From NCBI GenBank assembly GCA_964427615.1, contig CAYRUR010000001.1:50425-114424 (forward strand): a stretch of 64,000 nt of DNA. The letters run 5' to 3'. The DNA is from an uncultured Gammaproteobacteria bacterium. GTDB lineage: Bacteria > Patescibacteriota > Microgenomatia > Levybacterales > GWA1-39-11. A model generated the notes under the pieces. That model was given only the letters and a program-made list of their open reading frames with translations, was not told the DNA's origin and did no database searches. The first letter of the stretch is position 1. The number at the start of each line of letters is the position of its first letter. This document shows positions 50,379 through 60,713 of the stretch, in pieces. The position numbers and the translations under genes are program-made.

Positions 50379-51470
50379 TTGATTTTAGCGGTTATAATAG
50401 GAGCCAACATGGATCAGGAGAAGGTTGCAGGTTTGGATATTAAAACACTCGCGTTGCTACCTCCTGTCGTAATTACTACCTGGGGAGGAACTGTTTTATT
50501 TTTGAATAATACAGCCGAAAAGTTGTTGAATACTTCTGATGGTAAAGGAAAGTCAACAAGGTCCCTTTTTCATGTCTCTAAGGAGGTAGAGAAAAAAATT
50601 ATTACTCAAAAGGAGAGCGTTATTACATTTGAGCACAAAACAAAAAAACACACTCATTACTTAAAAGTAACCACAAAACCTTTGTTGAAAGAAAAAAAAC
50701 TGCTGCTTATTGTACAGGATGTTACTGAGAGAAAACAGGAAGAGGAATATAGAGATTTCTTTGTTGGTATTGTAAGTCACGAATTAAAAACGCCTCTTGC
50801 TAGTATCAAGGCTTATGCTGAGTTACTAGAAATGAAAAACAAGCAAATTTTAGATGAGAAATCGTTAGGATATTTGAAACGTATTCATGGACTTATTTAC
50901 ACCCAAACACGACTTATTAATGAGTTGCTAGATCTTACTAAAATAAAAGCTGGAACCATGCAATATACTTTTGAAAAAGTTTCCTTGGATGATCTGTTGA
51001 AAGATACTGTTGAGGAAATTCAGCAAACTACTTTGACTCACCATATTACTTTAAGAGGAAAAAGTGGTGTATCTCTTACTATGGATAAAGTAAAAATAAA
51101 AGAAGTATTGTCTAATTTAATTATAAATGCTATTAAATATGCTCCTGAGAAAGATGAAGTTGTGGTGGAGGTATTAGAAAATGAAAAAGAGGTCACAGTG
51201 CGCGTTATTGATCAGGGAATAGGTATTGCTCCAGAACACCAAAAACAGATATTTGATCCTTATTTTCAAGGAAGGCAACGCAAAAAAAAGAAATCATCTA
51301 CAGGATTGGGGGTAGGGCTTTATATTTGTGCTGAAATTATCAAAAATCACCGAGGGACAATTTGGGTGGAGAGTCATCCAGGAAAAGGGTCTACTTTTTC
51401 TTTCAACCTGCCTAAATCTATAACTGTGAGAGAAAAGAGACAAAAAGAGGCACAAACAGCTAGTCTTTGA
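50379..51470 (+). CDS. Sensor histidine kinase (PAS-like, HisKA and HATPase_c)
   Basis: H-box VSHELKTPLASIKAYAELL, N-box LIINAIKYAP, and G-boxes DQGIGI / GLGVGLYIC. Confidence 0.8.
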   Translation: MILAVIIGANMDQEKVAGLDIKTLALLPPVVITTWGGTVLFLNNTAEKLLNTSDGKGKSTRSLFHVSKEVEKKIITQKESVITFEHKTKKHTHYLKVTTKPLLKEKKLLLIVQDVTERKQEEEYRDFFVGIVSHELKTPLASIKAYAELLEMKNKQILDEKSLGYLKRIHGLIYTQTRLINELLDLTKIKAGTMQYTFEKVSLDDLLKDTVEEIQQTTLTHHITLRGKSGVSLTMDKVKIKEVLSNLIINAIKYAPEKDEVVVEVLENEKEVTVRVIDQGIGIAPEHQKQIFDPYFQGRQRKKKKSSTGLGVGLYICAEIIKNHRGTIWVESHPGKGSTFSFNLPKSITVREKRQKEAQTASL

Positions 51471-52131
51471 TCATGTACCCAAATCCTCTCACAGAGTGTA
51501 TGAGCTTCTTGTCATAATGGGAGTCAATTTTCTTACGCAAGTACCCCACATATACATCAACAACGCGACTTTCAATATCAGATGAATATGCCCATACTCG
51601 ATTCAGTATCATCTCACGGGTCAACACGCGTCCTTTATTACTCAAAAGGTACTGCAGCAACTGGAACTCTGTTTGCGTAAGATTAATGAGTTTATTAGCT
51701 CTTTTTACCTCAAGTGTTTCATTGTTGAGTTCTAAATCACCTGCCAGGAGTTTTGATTCATGATTCTCTCCTTGTCTCAGGCGTGCTTTAATGCGAGCGA
51801 TAAGCTCTTCTCCTGCAAAAGGCTTAGTCATGTAATCATCAGCACCAATATCAAGTCCTTTTACGATATCTGAGACACTATCTCGAGCAGTAAGAATAAT
51901 AATAGGAAGGTCAGGATAGATTTTTTTAATTTCTGCACAAATTGCTTCTCCGCTAATATCGGGTAGACCCAGATCTAGTACTACCAGATCTGGCTGTGTT
52001 TTTTTAATGGCTTTTAGCGCTTTGACACCATCGGCAAATGCTTGAACAGTAAATCCGTTATCAAGCAAAAGCTCCTTTAAGTAATCTCGAAGATCTTGAT
52101 CATCCTCAAGCACAAATATAGTGTGAAGCAT
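51460..52131 (-). CDS. OmpR-family response regulator
   Basis: Receiver domain ILVLEDDQDL...DLVVLDLGLPD...IIILTARD and a C-terminal winged-helix trans_reg_C (VDVYVGYLRKKI). Overlaps the kinase gene 3' end convergently. Confidence 0.85.
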   Translation of the reverse strand: MLHTIFVLEDDQDLRDYLKELLLDNGFTVQAFADGVKALKAIKKTQPDLVVLDLGLPDISGEAICAEIKKIYPDLPIIILTARDSVSDIVKGLDIGADDYMTKPFAGEELIARIKARLRQGENHESKLLAGDLELNNETLEVKRANKLINLTQTEFQLLQYLLSNKGRVLTREMILNRVWAYSSDIESRVVDVYVGYLRKKIDSHYDKKLIHSVRGFGYMIKD

Positions 52132-52275
52132 ATGCTCTATTATATACCATCGTCAAGTATTATAAATCCCCTCTAGCATGTCCTTACCAATTTCTTACGA
52201 TTTTATGGTTACACTTTCATCAAAAAGAGCCAAAATAGCTTATGAAAAATGCCAATAGAGAAGGAGGTGATACAT

Positions 52276-52434
52276 ATGGCAGGTAAAGGTAGAGGCTGGC
52301 ACGGAGATCCAGAAGGACACAAGCGGGCTGGAAGAAAAGGTGGCAAAGCTCCTCATAAAACAAGAGGATTAGCTGCTGCGTCTCCAGAAACAAGACAGCG
52401 AGTAGCCAGAAAAGGCGGAAAAGCTTCTCACTAA
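52276..52434 (+). CDS. KGG-repeat general stress protein (YciG-like)
   Basis: GRGWHGDPEGHKRAGRKGGKAPH...ARKGGKASH contains repeated KGG motifs in a small basic protein. The longer ORF starts at 52249. Confidence 0.55.
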   Translation: MAGKGRGWHGDPEGHKRAGRKGGKAPHKTRGLAAASPETRQRVARKGGKASH

Positions 52435-52588
52435 CGGTGAGGTAAATACAAGGTAGGTAGTAGTTAACGAAAAACGTACAACTATCTATCTTGTGCTGTG
52501 TTATTTATTTTCAAACATTATTATAAAAACGCTTTTAGGTAAAGAGGAATCAGGGTATTAAGGGCGCGAGAAAAAAGTATGCTTCTTT

Positions 52589-53599
52589 TTGTATTCATGC
52601 TATAATCATGAAAATATGCATCGGCTCATTGCCTATATTGTAAACCACCAAGTTATCTTACTCTTTGTACTCGTTCTTTTTAGCTGGTTTTTATTCACGA
52701 TAAGAGATATTCTCATTGGTCTTTTTATCTCTTATATTGTGATGGCTACATTGCTTCCTTCTGTTCAGTTTTTGAAGCAAAAAGGGGTTCCTAACTCATT
52801 TGCGGTTATTGCTGTCTATAGTGCTGCTTTACTCGTGCTTTTTTTGCTGATATTTCCGCTTATCCCTTTTTTGGTAGAGCAGGTGCAGGCGCTCTTTCTT
52901 AACTTGCCTAATTATCTTAATACCTCCGCAAGTGTTTTTGGATTTGAACTAGATGTCAATCAACTACGAGAACTTATCTCCTCCCAACTAGAAGTAATAG
53001 GAGGTAATATTCTGGCACTTACTACCACTCTGATTGAAGTGGTGTTCGCGTTTTTAACTATTTTTATTATTGGACTGTACTTACTGTTAACTCATGATCA
53101 AATTCTTAAAAGCATTGTTTCTTTCTTCTTTCCTAAAAATGAAAAACAAGCATTTGAGGTTATTAGTCGAGTAGATGCCAAAATGGGAGCTTGGCTTAGA
53201 GGTCAAATAGCCCTTTCTTTGATTATTGGAGTACTCACGTGGTTGGCTCTCACTATTTTAGGTGTTAACTACGCACTTCCACTGGCGCTTATTGCTGGCA
53301 TTCTGGAGATTGTACCCACCATTGGACCTATTATTGCAGCTATCCCAGCAATTATTGTTGCTTTAGGTGTTTCGTTACCTTCTGCGCTTCTGGTAGCCGG
53401 TGTATACTTAGGAATTCAACTTTTTGAGAGCAACGTCTTGGTGCCCAAAATCATGAATAAAGCAGTAGGTCTTAATCCAGTAGCAGTCATTTTGGCTGTT
53501 ACTATTGGAGGAAAGTTATTGGGAATCTTAGGTGCATTACTTGCTGTTCCTTTCCTTTCTTTGATCATCGTTGTGTATAGTAACATAAAAGAGTCTTGA
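52589..53599 (+). CDS. AI-2E family transporter (UPF0118/PerM)
   Basis: 336 aa with 8 TM helices and a characteristic central loop with W-rich segment. Topology typical of the AI-2E family. Confidence 0.65.
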   Translation: MYSCYNHENMHRLIAYIVNHQVILLFVLVLFSWFLFTIRDILIGLFISYIVMATLLPSVQFLKQKGVPNSFAVIAVYSAALLVLFLLIFPLIPFLVEQVQALFLNLPNYLNTSASVFGFELDVNQLRELISSQLEVIGGNILALTTTLIEVVFAFLTIFIIGLYLLLTHDQILKSIVSFFFPKNEKQAFEVISRVDAKMGAWLRGQIALSLIIGVLTWLALTILGVNYALPLALIAGILEIVPTIGPIIAAIPAIIVALGVSLPSALLVAGVYLGIQLFESNVLVPKIMNKAVGLNPVAVILAVTIGGKLLGILGALLAVPFLSLIIVVYSNIKES

Positions 53600-53632
53600 A
53601 GCCCTCTACTTTCCTCAGTACAATACAGACAC

Positions 53633-55006
53633 ATGAAAATACAAAACTTTGATGAAGCATTGAATTACCTTTTTAATGCGATACCTCAGGGTAGCCAGCA
53701 GCAGTTCCCAGGAGAGTTAGGGCTAAAGCGTGCAAAACAACTGCTTATGCTTTTGGATTCTCCTCAAGAGAAGATGAAAGTTATTCATATTGCTGGAACT
53801 TCAGGTAAGGGCTCCACAGCTTATCTTACGAGTGCTTTATTAGTTGGTATGGGTAAAAAAGTGGGACTGCATCTTTCTCCCCATATTCTTGACATCCGTG
53901 AACGGGCACAAATTAATAATGAATTAGTATCAAAAAAAGTCTTTGTACAGTACCTTAATGAAATTATTCCTGCTGTGGAAAAGCTAACACAAACCTCTTT
54001 TGGTAAACCTACCTACTTTGAAATTCTAGTAGCTCTAGCATTTTATATCTTTTATAAAGAAAAAGTTGAGTACGCAGTGATTGAAACAGGTATGGGAGGG
54101 TTACTAGACGGTACCAATATTGTTCAAAATCCTAATAAAGTTGCGGTTATTACCCGTATTGGTATGGATCATACTGCCATCTTGGGTAACACACTTGCTG
54201 CTATTACTAAGCAAAAGGCAGGGATCATCCAGACCAAAAATACCGTTTTTGCTATTCAGCAGTCTCCTGCAGTATTACATGTTTTAAAACAAACAGTAAA
54301 AGAAAAAGGAGGAGCATTAATGGTAGTAGAGTCAAAAAAACACTACAAACATGTTTCTTTCAGTGAGCAAGGCACTTTCTTTGATTTCTCTTTTGAAGGT
54401 TCGAGTTTTAAAAAGTTACATCTTTCTTTAATTGGTGCCTATCAGGCTGAGAATGCTGCACTTGCTTTGGCGACAGTTTTGCATATAAGCAAAAGAGATA
54501 ATCTTACTATTACAGAACCAACCATTCGGGACGCACTTGAACAGGTACATATTCCAGCACGAACTGATTTACGCTCTTATCACACGAAAAAAATCATACT
54601 TGATGGGGCACATAATCCTCAAAAAGTGTCTGGCCTTGTAACTACACTTAAAACGCTTTATCCAGATAAAAAAATGACATTTGTTATTGCGTTTAAAAAA
54701 GGAAAAGAATATAAAAAAATGCTTTCTCTGCTAACTCCTTTAGCAGAAAAGATTATTATCACTGGTTTTTTTAGTGAAAAACAGGACCTGGTTCATTTAT
54801 CAGAAGACCCAGAGAAATTAAAAAAGATACTTTTTTCCCTGGGGTTTGTAAATGTTGTAGTTGCTGATTCTATTCCAAAAGCTATAGACCAAGCAGAAAA
54901 AAGCTCCTCAGAGATTGTTATTTTTACGGGGTCTTTGTATTTTTGTGCTGAGGTATATCAATTTCTTCCTTCTATTGTCTATTCTTCACAACAGGGGTCT
55001 TTGTAG
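53633..55006 (+). CDS. Mur-ligase-family folylpolyglutamate synthase/dihydrofolate synthase-like protein
   Basis: HIAGTSGKGSTAYLTSALL (Mur ligase P-loop) plus the central and C-terminal Mur ligase domains. Confidence 0.7.
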   Translation: MKIQNFDEALNYLFNAIPQGSQQQFPGELGLKRAKQLLMLLDSPQEKMKVIHIAGTSGKGSTAYLTSALLVGMGKKVGLHLSPHILDIRERAQINNELVSKKVFVQYLNEIIPAVEKLTQTSFGKPTYFEILVALAFYIFYKEKVEYAVIETGMGGLLDGTNIVQNPNKVAVITRIGMDHTAILGNTLAAITKQKAGIIQTKNTVFAIQQSPAVLHVLKQTVKEKGGALMVVESKKHYKHVSFSEQGTFFDFSFEGSSFKKLHLSLIGAYQAENAALALATVLHISKRDNLTITEPTIRDALEQVHIPARTDLRSYHTKKIILDGAHNPQKVSGLVTTLKTLYPDKKMTFVIAFKKGKEYKKMLSLLTPLAEKIIITGFFSEKQDLVHLSEDPEKLKKILFSLGFVNVVVADSIPKAIDQAEKSSSEIVIFTGSLYFCAEVYQFLPSIVYSSQQGSL

Positions 55007-55116
55007 CCACAATTACGGCAGATTGAATCACGAGATCCGGGCATGGCACTAATAGTCTCTTCACAGCGAGGACATGTTCTTAGTGGAATATCAAATTGAC
55101 TTCTGTCATCTTGCAT
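54980..55116 (-). CDS. Small zinc-ribbon protein (speculative)
   Basis: Manual translation gives MQDDRSQFDIPLRTCPRCEETISAMPGSRDSICRNCGYKDPCCEE, with two CxxC pairs. Overlaps the folC 3' end by about 27 nt. Not in the ORF track. Confidence 0.25.
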
Positions 55117-55148
55117 ATAAAAAGTATAGCATAATATATTTTTAGCAC

Positions 55149-57332
55149 TTGACTTTATCGAGTGCTTATTTTATTCTATATACAGCTATGAATGGTGGTG
55201 GAATAGAAGAACTTCTAAAACCTGTAACACCTGAAGAGGCATTAAAAAAGTTTACAATAAGCCTCACAGATCTTGCACGAAGCGGAAAAATTGATCCAGT
55301 TATTGGTAGAGAAAGCGAGATAAGACGGGTCATGCAGATTTTAGCCCGTAGAACCAAAAATAACCCTATTTTGCTAGGAGATCCAGGAGTCGGAAAAACA
55401 GCGATTGTTGAAGGATTGGCACAGAAAATAGTAGATGGAGAAGTGCCTACACCCCTTAAAGACAAAGAGCTCTTATCTTTGGATTTTGCACAATTGCTTG
55501 CTGGAGCAAAGTTTCGGGGAGAGTTTGAAGAGCGACTGAAAGCAGTTGTTAGGGCTATTGAGGAAGCAAGCGGTAAGTATATTGTCTTTATTGATGAATT
55601 GCATACGATTGTGGGTGGGGGCTCCGCTGAAGGAGCTGTAGATGCAGGTAATATGTTAAAGCCAGCTTTGGCACGAGGAACCCTGAAGATGATTGGGGCA
55701 ACTACTGTGCAAGAGTATCGCAAATACATTGAAAAAGACCAGGCTTTGGCACGACGTTTTCAACCAGTATCAGTTGATGAGCCAAGTCTTGAGGATACGA
55801 TCTCTATCTTGCGAGGTATAAAAGAGCGCTATGAATTACATCACGGCATTAGAATTACGGATAACGCTTTAATCGCTGCTGCCAAACTTTCTACTCAGTA
55901 TATACCCCAGCGTTTTTTGCCTGACAAGGCAATTGATTTAATTGATGAAGCAGCCTCAGCTATTAAAATAGAAACAGAAAGTATGCCTACAGAGCTTGAG
56001 GAGTTGAAGCGCAAAATTACTCAAATAGAGATAGAACTAGCAGCACTCAAAAAAGAAAACACTCCAGTCTCAGAGAACAAAAAAGAGCAGAATAAAAAAG
56101 AGCTCGAGGAGTTGAAAGAAAAAGCAAGCAAACTTGAGAAAAGCTGGGAGAAGCAAAAAGAGGTAATCCAAAAAATACAGGAAGGACGCTCAAAGTTAGA
56201 TTTGTTAAAAACAGAACTAGATAGAGCAGAACGGGAAGTAAATCTTGAGAAGGCAGCAGAAATTAAATACGGCAAAATACCAGAACTTGAAAGGCAGCTG
56301 CAAACTCATTTAGAATCGTGGGAGAAAATTCCTGAAGAAGAACGTATTTTGCGAGAGGAAGTAGATGAAGAAGACGTGGCAAAAGTAGTGGCTCGCTGGA
56401 CTGGTATACCCGTTACCCGTATTCTTTCAACAGAGGCAGAACGTCTTCTCCACTTGGAAGAAGAACTCAATAAGCGAGTAATAGGACAGGAAGAAGCATT
56501 AAGGTCTTTGGCTCGCGTTATTCGTCGTTCTCGTTCTGGATTGGCTGAAAAGAATAAACCTATTGGTGCTTTTCTCTTCTTGGGTCCTACCGGCGTGGGG
56601 AAAACTGAAACCGCCAAATCTTTGGCTCAAATTCTTTTTAATGATGAGCATGCCATGGTAAGAATTGATATGGGAGAGTATCAAGAAGCCCATACGGTAG
56701 CTCGTCTTATCGGTGCTCCTCCCGGCTATATTGGATATGATGAAGGAGGACAGCTAACTGAGGCAGTCAGAAGAAAGCCTTACACTGTGATCTTATTTGA
56801 TGAGATAGAAAAAGCTCATCCTCAGGTTTTTAATCTCTTTTTACAGTTGCTTGATGAAGGAAAGTTAACAGACAGTAAAGGTGTAGTGGTTGATTTTAAA
56901 AACACCATTATCATTATGACCTCAAATCTAGGAAGTGAAATTATTAAAGAATACGCTCACGATGATAAAAAATTAAATGAAAAGATGATGGAAGTATTGC
57001 ATACTGTCTTTAAACCTGAATTTATCAATAGGCTTTCAGGAATTGTTATCTATGATCCTTTGAATATGCAGGATATTCGCCAAATTGCTCGTTTGCAACT
57101 GAAAGAAGTAAAAAAGCGGGTTGCAGAACTAGGGATTACTTTGCACATCTCAGATGGTTTAGTAGATTACTTTGCGCAAAGAGGGTATGATGAGGCTTTT
57201 GGAGCACGCCCATTGAAGCGTTTGATAGAAGAAAAATTGGTGGATGAAATAGCCCTCAAGACCATTGAGGGAAAGGTAAAGGCAGGAGATGTTATCAATC
57301 CTTCCATAAAAGAAGAAGAACTTATTATTTAA
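55149..57332 (+). CDS. clpB: ClpB-type AAA+ disaggregase lacking most of the N-terminal domain
   Basis: Two AAA modules (GDPGVGKT ... [12 protein letters not shown]), a long coiled-coil middle domain between them, and the C-terminal small domain. Only about 40 aa precede the conserved [14 protein letters not shown] motif. Confidence 0.85.
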   Translation: MTLSSAYFILYTAMNGGGIEELLKPVTPEEALKKFTISLTDLARSGKIDPVIGRESEIRRVMQILARRTKNNPILLGDPGVGKTAIVEGLAQKIVDGEVPTPLKDKELLSLDFAQLLAGAKFRGEFEERLKAVVRAIEEASGKYIVFIDELHTIVGGGSAEGAVDAGNMLKPALARGTLKMIGATTVQEYRKYIEKDQALARRFQPVSVDEPSLEDTISILRGIKERYELHHGIRITDNALIAAAKLSTQYIPQRFLPDKAIDLIDEAASAIKIETESMPTELEELKRKITQIEIELAALKKENTPVSENKKEQNKKELEELKEKASKLEKSWEKQKEVIQKIQEGRSKLDLLKTELDRAEREVNLEKAAEIKYGKIPELERQLQTHLESWEKIPEEERILREEVDEEDVAKVVARWTGIPVTRILSTEAERLLHLEEELNKRVIGQEEALRSLARVIRRSRSGLAEKNKPIGAFLFLGPTGVGKTETAKSLAQILFNDEHAMVRIDMGEYQEAHTVARLIGAPPGYIGYDEGGQLTEAVRRKPYTVILFDEIEKAHPQVFNLFLQLLDEGKLTDSKGVVVDFKNTIIIMTSNLGSEIIKEYAHDDKKLNEKMMEVLHTVFKPEFINRLSGIVIYDPLNMQDIRQIARLQLKEVKKRVAELGITLHISDGLVDYFAQRGYDEAFGARPLKRLIEEKLVDEIALKTIEGKVKAGDVINPSIKEEELII

Positions 57333-57347
57333 CGCCTCTTTTTTCTT

Positions 57348-57388
57348 TCTCCTACTTGACAAAAAGTTATCCACATTCGTATACTCAA
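57348..57388 (+). promoter_or_regulatory. dnaA promoter with an embedded DnaA box
   Basis: TTGACA (57348-57353), 17-bp spacer containing a perfect TTATCCACA (57367-57375), then GTATACT as the -10. Confidence 0.5.
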
Positions 57389-57469
57389 GCTGCTACGAAG
57401 GGCACAGCTGCCCACTGATTAAAGACCTTAACGCTTCGACTGCCAGGTGAGGTTTCTCTGCTTTGTTAT

Positions 57470-58807
57470 ATGGACACATTATGGAAATTAGTACTCGATG
57501 AAATAGAAGTTGAAGTTTCAAAACCCATTTTTCACACCTTTTTCAAAGGAACGGAGTTGGTCTCAATTCAGGATGAAGAAGTGGTTGTCTCAGCTCCTAC
57601 CCATATGACTGCCGATTATATTGAGAAGCGTTATGCCCCGCTTATTCAAAGAATTCTGGAAAAAAAGCTAGAACACTCTATTACCCTTTCCTTTGTTACT
57701 GCAGCTAAAAAAGAAAACCAAAAAAAAGAAAATTCAGGTCCTTTGTTTGCCAAAGAGGTTTTAATGTCTAAAAGAAGTAGATCTAGACCCTCTCGTATTC
57801 GTCCTGACTATACATTTGATACCTTCGCCGTATCTGAGAGTAATCAACTGGGCTATACTGCTGCGTTAACAGTGGCCAATAATCCGGGCATTAACTACAA
57901 CCCACTCTATTTGTACGGTACGGTAGGAGTAGGAAAAACCCATTTAATGCATGCGATTGCCAATCATATTTATGACAAAGATGATATTCAGGTTTTATAT
58001 TTGACGACTGAGGAGTTTACAAATGAAGTAGTAGAGGCAATCCGCGATAAGACTACCACTCAGTTGCGTAAGAAATTCAGAAACATCAACTTGCTCTTGC
58101 TTGATGATATCCAATTTTTAAGCGGAAAAGAGCGGGTGCAGGAGGAGCTGTTTCATACATTCAACACCTTGATAGACAAAGGGAATCAGATCGTATTTTC
58201 CTCTGATCGTCCTCCCCATGAAATTCAAAAAATAGAAGCGCGTCTTGCTTCTCGCTTTGAAGGAGGACTGACGATTGACATTGCGCCACCGGATTTTGAG
58301 TTAAGAACGGCAATTCTCCTTATCAAAAGTAAAAAATATAATGTAGAGCTTTCATTAGATTTGGCCAAAATTGCTGCTGAAAAAATTATGGATACGAGAG
58401 CTTTGGAAGGATTTTTGCTGCGTCTCTCATCTGAGGTGATGCGAGGCAATACCATAGATGAAGCGCTTATTTTAACTATCTTAGGTAAGCAAAAAGAAGC
58501 AAATAAAGTGTTGCGTCCGGATGATGTGATTAATACGATTTGTGATTTTTTCAGTATCAAGCCCACCCAGCTCAAAGGCACCAAACGAGATGCCATTTTA
58601 GTGCGCCCCCGACACATGTGTATGTATCTTTTGAAAGAAGAAGCAGGTCTGACGTTTGTGGAGATCGGTAATTTACTTGGAGGACGGGATCACACAACAG
58701 TCATGCACGGAGTCGAAAAAGTAAAAACGCTTCTTTCAAAAGAGGAAAAAGTAAAAGGTGAAATGTTGTCTATCAAAAAGAAAATAAGCGAAGAGTTTAT
58801 GCATTAG
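57470..58807 (+). CDS. dnaA: Chromosomal replication initiator DnaA
   Basis: AAA+ LYLYGTVGVGKTHLMHAIAN, sensor motifs, and C-terminal DNA-binding domain ...GGRDHTTVMHGVEKVK. Confidence 0.95.
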   Translation: MDTLWKLVLDEIEVEVSKPIFHTFFKGTELVSIQDEEVVVSAPTHMTADYIEKRYAPLIQRILEKKLEHSITLSFVTAAKKENQKKENSGPLFAKEVLMSKRSRSRPSRIRPDYTFDTFAVSESNQLGYTAALTVANNPGINYNPLYLYGTVGVGKTHLMHAIANHIYDKDDIQVLYLTTEEFTNEVVEAIRDKTTTQLRKKFRNINLLLLDDIQFLSGKERVQEELFHTFNTLIDKGNQIVFSSDRPPHEIQKIEARLASRFEGGLTIDIAPPDFELRTAILLIKSKKYNVELSLDLAKIAAEKIMDTRALEGFLLRLSSEVMRGNTIDEALILTILGKQKEANKVLRPDDVINTICDFFSIKPTQLKGTKRDAILVRPRHMCMYLLKEEAGLTFVEIGNLLGGRDHTTVMHGVEKVKTLLSKEEKVKGEMLSIKKKISEEFMH

Positions 58808-58857
58808 GAGTTCTGTTGCGTTTTGTAAGACAGCAGGCTATACTACTTGAATACACG

Positions 58858-59958
58858 ATGAAAATTGAGTTTTTAACTGAAAACATAGAGAAGTTTCTTC
58901 CCATGTTGGTAAAAATAGTCCCCTCACATGCACAAGTCCCTGTTCTTTCTCATTTATTGCTGGAGACAGATGGTGCACATTTTTATATTTCTGCCACAGA
59001 CTTGGAAATAGGTATGAAAGTAAAAATTCCAGCCAAAATAGAGGAAGAGGGTGCTATCACCGTTTCAGGAAAGCATTTTGCCGAGGTTATTAGTTCTCTT
59101 TCTAAAGGGAAAGTAAAACTTGAAACAGAGCAGGAAAATGTCGTGCTATCCTCATCTGATGGAAAAATGGTTTTTCAGACCATTCCTAAAGAAGAATTCC
59201 CAGAGCTATTCGCTGAGAAAGGTGAGAAAATACGCACCTTTACCCAAAAAGAAATAAAGGATATTTTTGCACGTCTTCCTTTTGCAGCTTCTATTGATGA
59301 ATCACGTCCTCAGTTAACTGGTGTATATATCAATCAAAAAGATGATCATACTGATTTTGTAGCTACAGATGGATTTAGGTTGAGTCTTAAAAGAATAAAA
59401 GAAAAAGGTATGCTTGATGAGGATAAAGGACTTATTTTATCGGCAAAATTAATGAATGAGGTACTTTCTTTGAAAGAGGAACAAGTAGAAATGTATGTGT
59501 ATGAGGCTGGAAATCAGGTGCTTTTTGAAACGCCCAATGTTATTGTTATTGGACGGCTTATTCACGGTGATTTTCCTCAATATGAGCGGGTTATTCCAGA
59601 AGAAAACAAAACAAAAGTGACGGTGGCCAAAGACGAATTTGCACAAGCCTTACGTCTTTCTTCAGTATTTGCCAAAGAAAGTGCCAATATTGTAAAACTA
59701 GTAATTTCTGGTGGGAAAATACTTTTTCTGACCCGCTCCTCGGGCATTGGAGAAGGAGAAATTACGGTAGATGCTAAGCAAGAAGGAGAAGATAACGAGA
59801 TTTCTTTTAACGTAAAGTATCTGAATGATTTACTGAGAAACGTGGATGCAAAACAAATTACCATGGAAATAAATAGTCCTCTAGAATCAGCTCTTTTTAA
59901 AGTAGACAATGATCCAGACTTCTTACACGTCATCATGCCTGTACGGGTGCAGGAGTAG
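58858..59958 (+). CDS. dnaN: DNA polymerase III beta sliding clamp
   Basis: MKIEFLTENIEKFL...LSHLLLETDGAHFYISATDLE shows the DnaN pattern with a three-domain length. The longer ORF starts at 58816. Confidence 0.85.
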   Translation: MKIEFLTENIEKFLPMLVKIVPSHAQVPVLSHLLLETDGAHFYISATDLEIGMKVKIPAKIEEEGAITVSGKHFAEVISSLSKGKVKLETEQENVVLSSSDGKMVFQTIPKEEFPELFAEKGEKIRTFTQKEIKDIFARLPFAASIDESRPQLTGVYINQKDDHTDFVATDGFRLSLKRIKEKGMLDEDKGLILSAKLMNEVLSLKEEQVEMYVYEAGNQVLFETPNVIVIGRLIHGDFPQYERVIPEENKTKVTVAKDEFAQALRLSSVFAKESANIVKLVISGGKILFLTRSSGIGEGEITVDAKQEGEDNEISFNVKYLNDLLRNVDAKQITMEINSPLESALFKVDNDPDFLHVIMPVRVQE

Positions 59959-59961
59959 GGA

Positions 59962-60711
59962 TTAAGGAGTATTCGTGTAATTGATAGTGTGAGTTGCAGG
60001 GTCTACCCCATTACTTCTAATCCAATCAGTAACTTCTTTTTTTATCTCTTCCAGATCTTTTGTTTTATTTTTTACCTGTACCTCAAGGGTTAAACGCCCT
60101 GTGTAATTGATACTATAGTCAGCAGTAGTATGGGGGGTAACATCAAACAATGGGTAGTACTTATTGATACGTTCTTCTTGTTGTTCATTTAACAGTTGCG
60201 GTGCAGATTCAGCAGATTCGGATGAAGTAGTAAAAGACCATGTTTTGATTATTTTTTGTGTGGTATTGTCAGTAACAGAAAATGTATAGGTTGTATTTGG
60301 ACTAAATCCTCCTAGTACTCTTACTTCTACTTTTTCTGTTGGATAAGTGTTAATCACTTTTAGTGAGTGGTTTTCCGGTAGAGCAGGGTTTATGGACAAA
60401 GTAAATGCGCTCTCTGAGAGAATAGGGGTGTTAGTAGCAAATGAAATAATGATCTCACCATTGGAAACGTTCTGTTGCTTATCTTGCGGAAAAGTAGATA
60501 TAACCTCAAATGACTTTTGTTGAGGAGGTTGTGTTATTGAGGGTGTAGCTTTTGGAGAGGTATCAGTAGAGATGGGTTCTTTTTTATTAGAGAATAACAA
60601 CAGGAGGCCAATAGTAAAAAGCATCAAAAGAACTACTACTGCAATAATAATTTTCTTTTTATGCAGTTGTAAAAATGATGGTTGAGGTGTTATTGGTTGA
60701 ATGTTTTCCAT
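59962..60711 (-). CDS. Membrane-anchored extracellular protein of unknown function
   Basis: N-terminal TM IIIAVVVLLMLFTIGLLLLF, then a Thr/Ser/Pro-rich extracellular region and beta-rich domains. Confidence 0.45.
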   Translation of the reverse strand: MENIQPITPQPSFLQLHKKKIIIAVVVLLMLFTIGLLLLFSNKKEPISTDTSPKATPSITQPPQQKSFEVISTFPQDKQQNVSNGEIIISFATNTPILSESAFTLSINPALPENHSLKVINTYPTEKVEVRVLGGFSPNTTYTFSVTDNTTQKIIKTWSFTTSSESAESAPQLLNEQQEERINKYYPLFDVTPHTTADYSINYTGRLTLEVQVKNKTKDLEEIKKEVTDWIRSNGVDPATHTINYTNTP

Positions 60712-60713
60712 GG

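Noticed and set aside
55166-56693. Several 60-190-aa minus-strand ORFs inside clpB (55166..55729, 56021..56275, 56306..56617, 56499..56693)
   Set aside because: Antisense shadow ORFs within a well-supported, highly conserved gene. Ser/Ala/Arg-rich composition typical of antisense frames.
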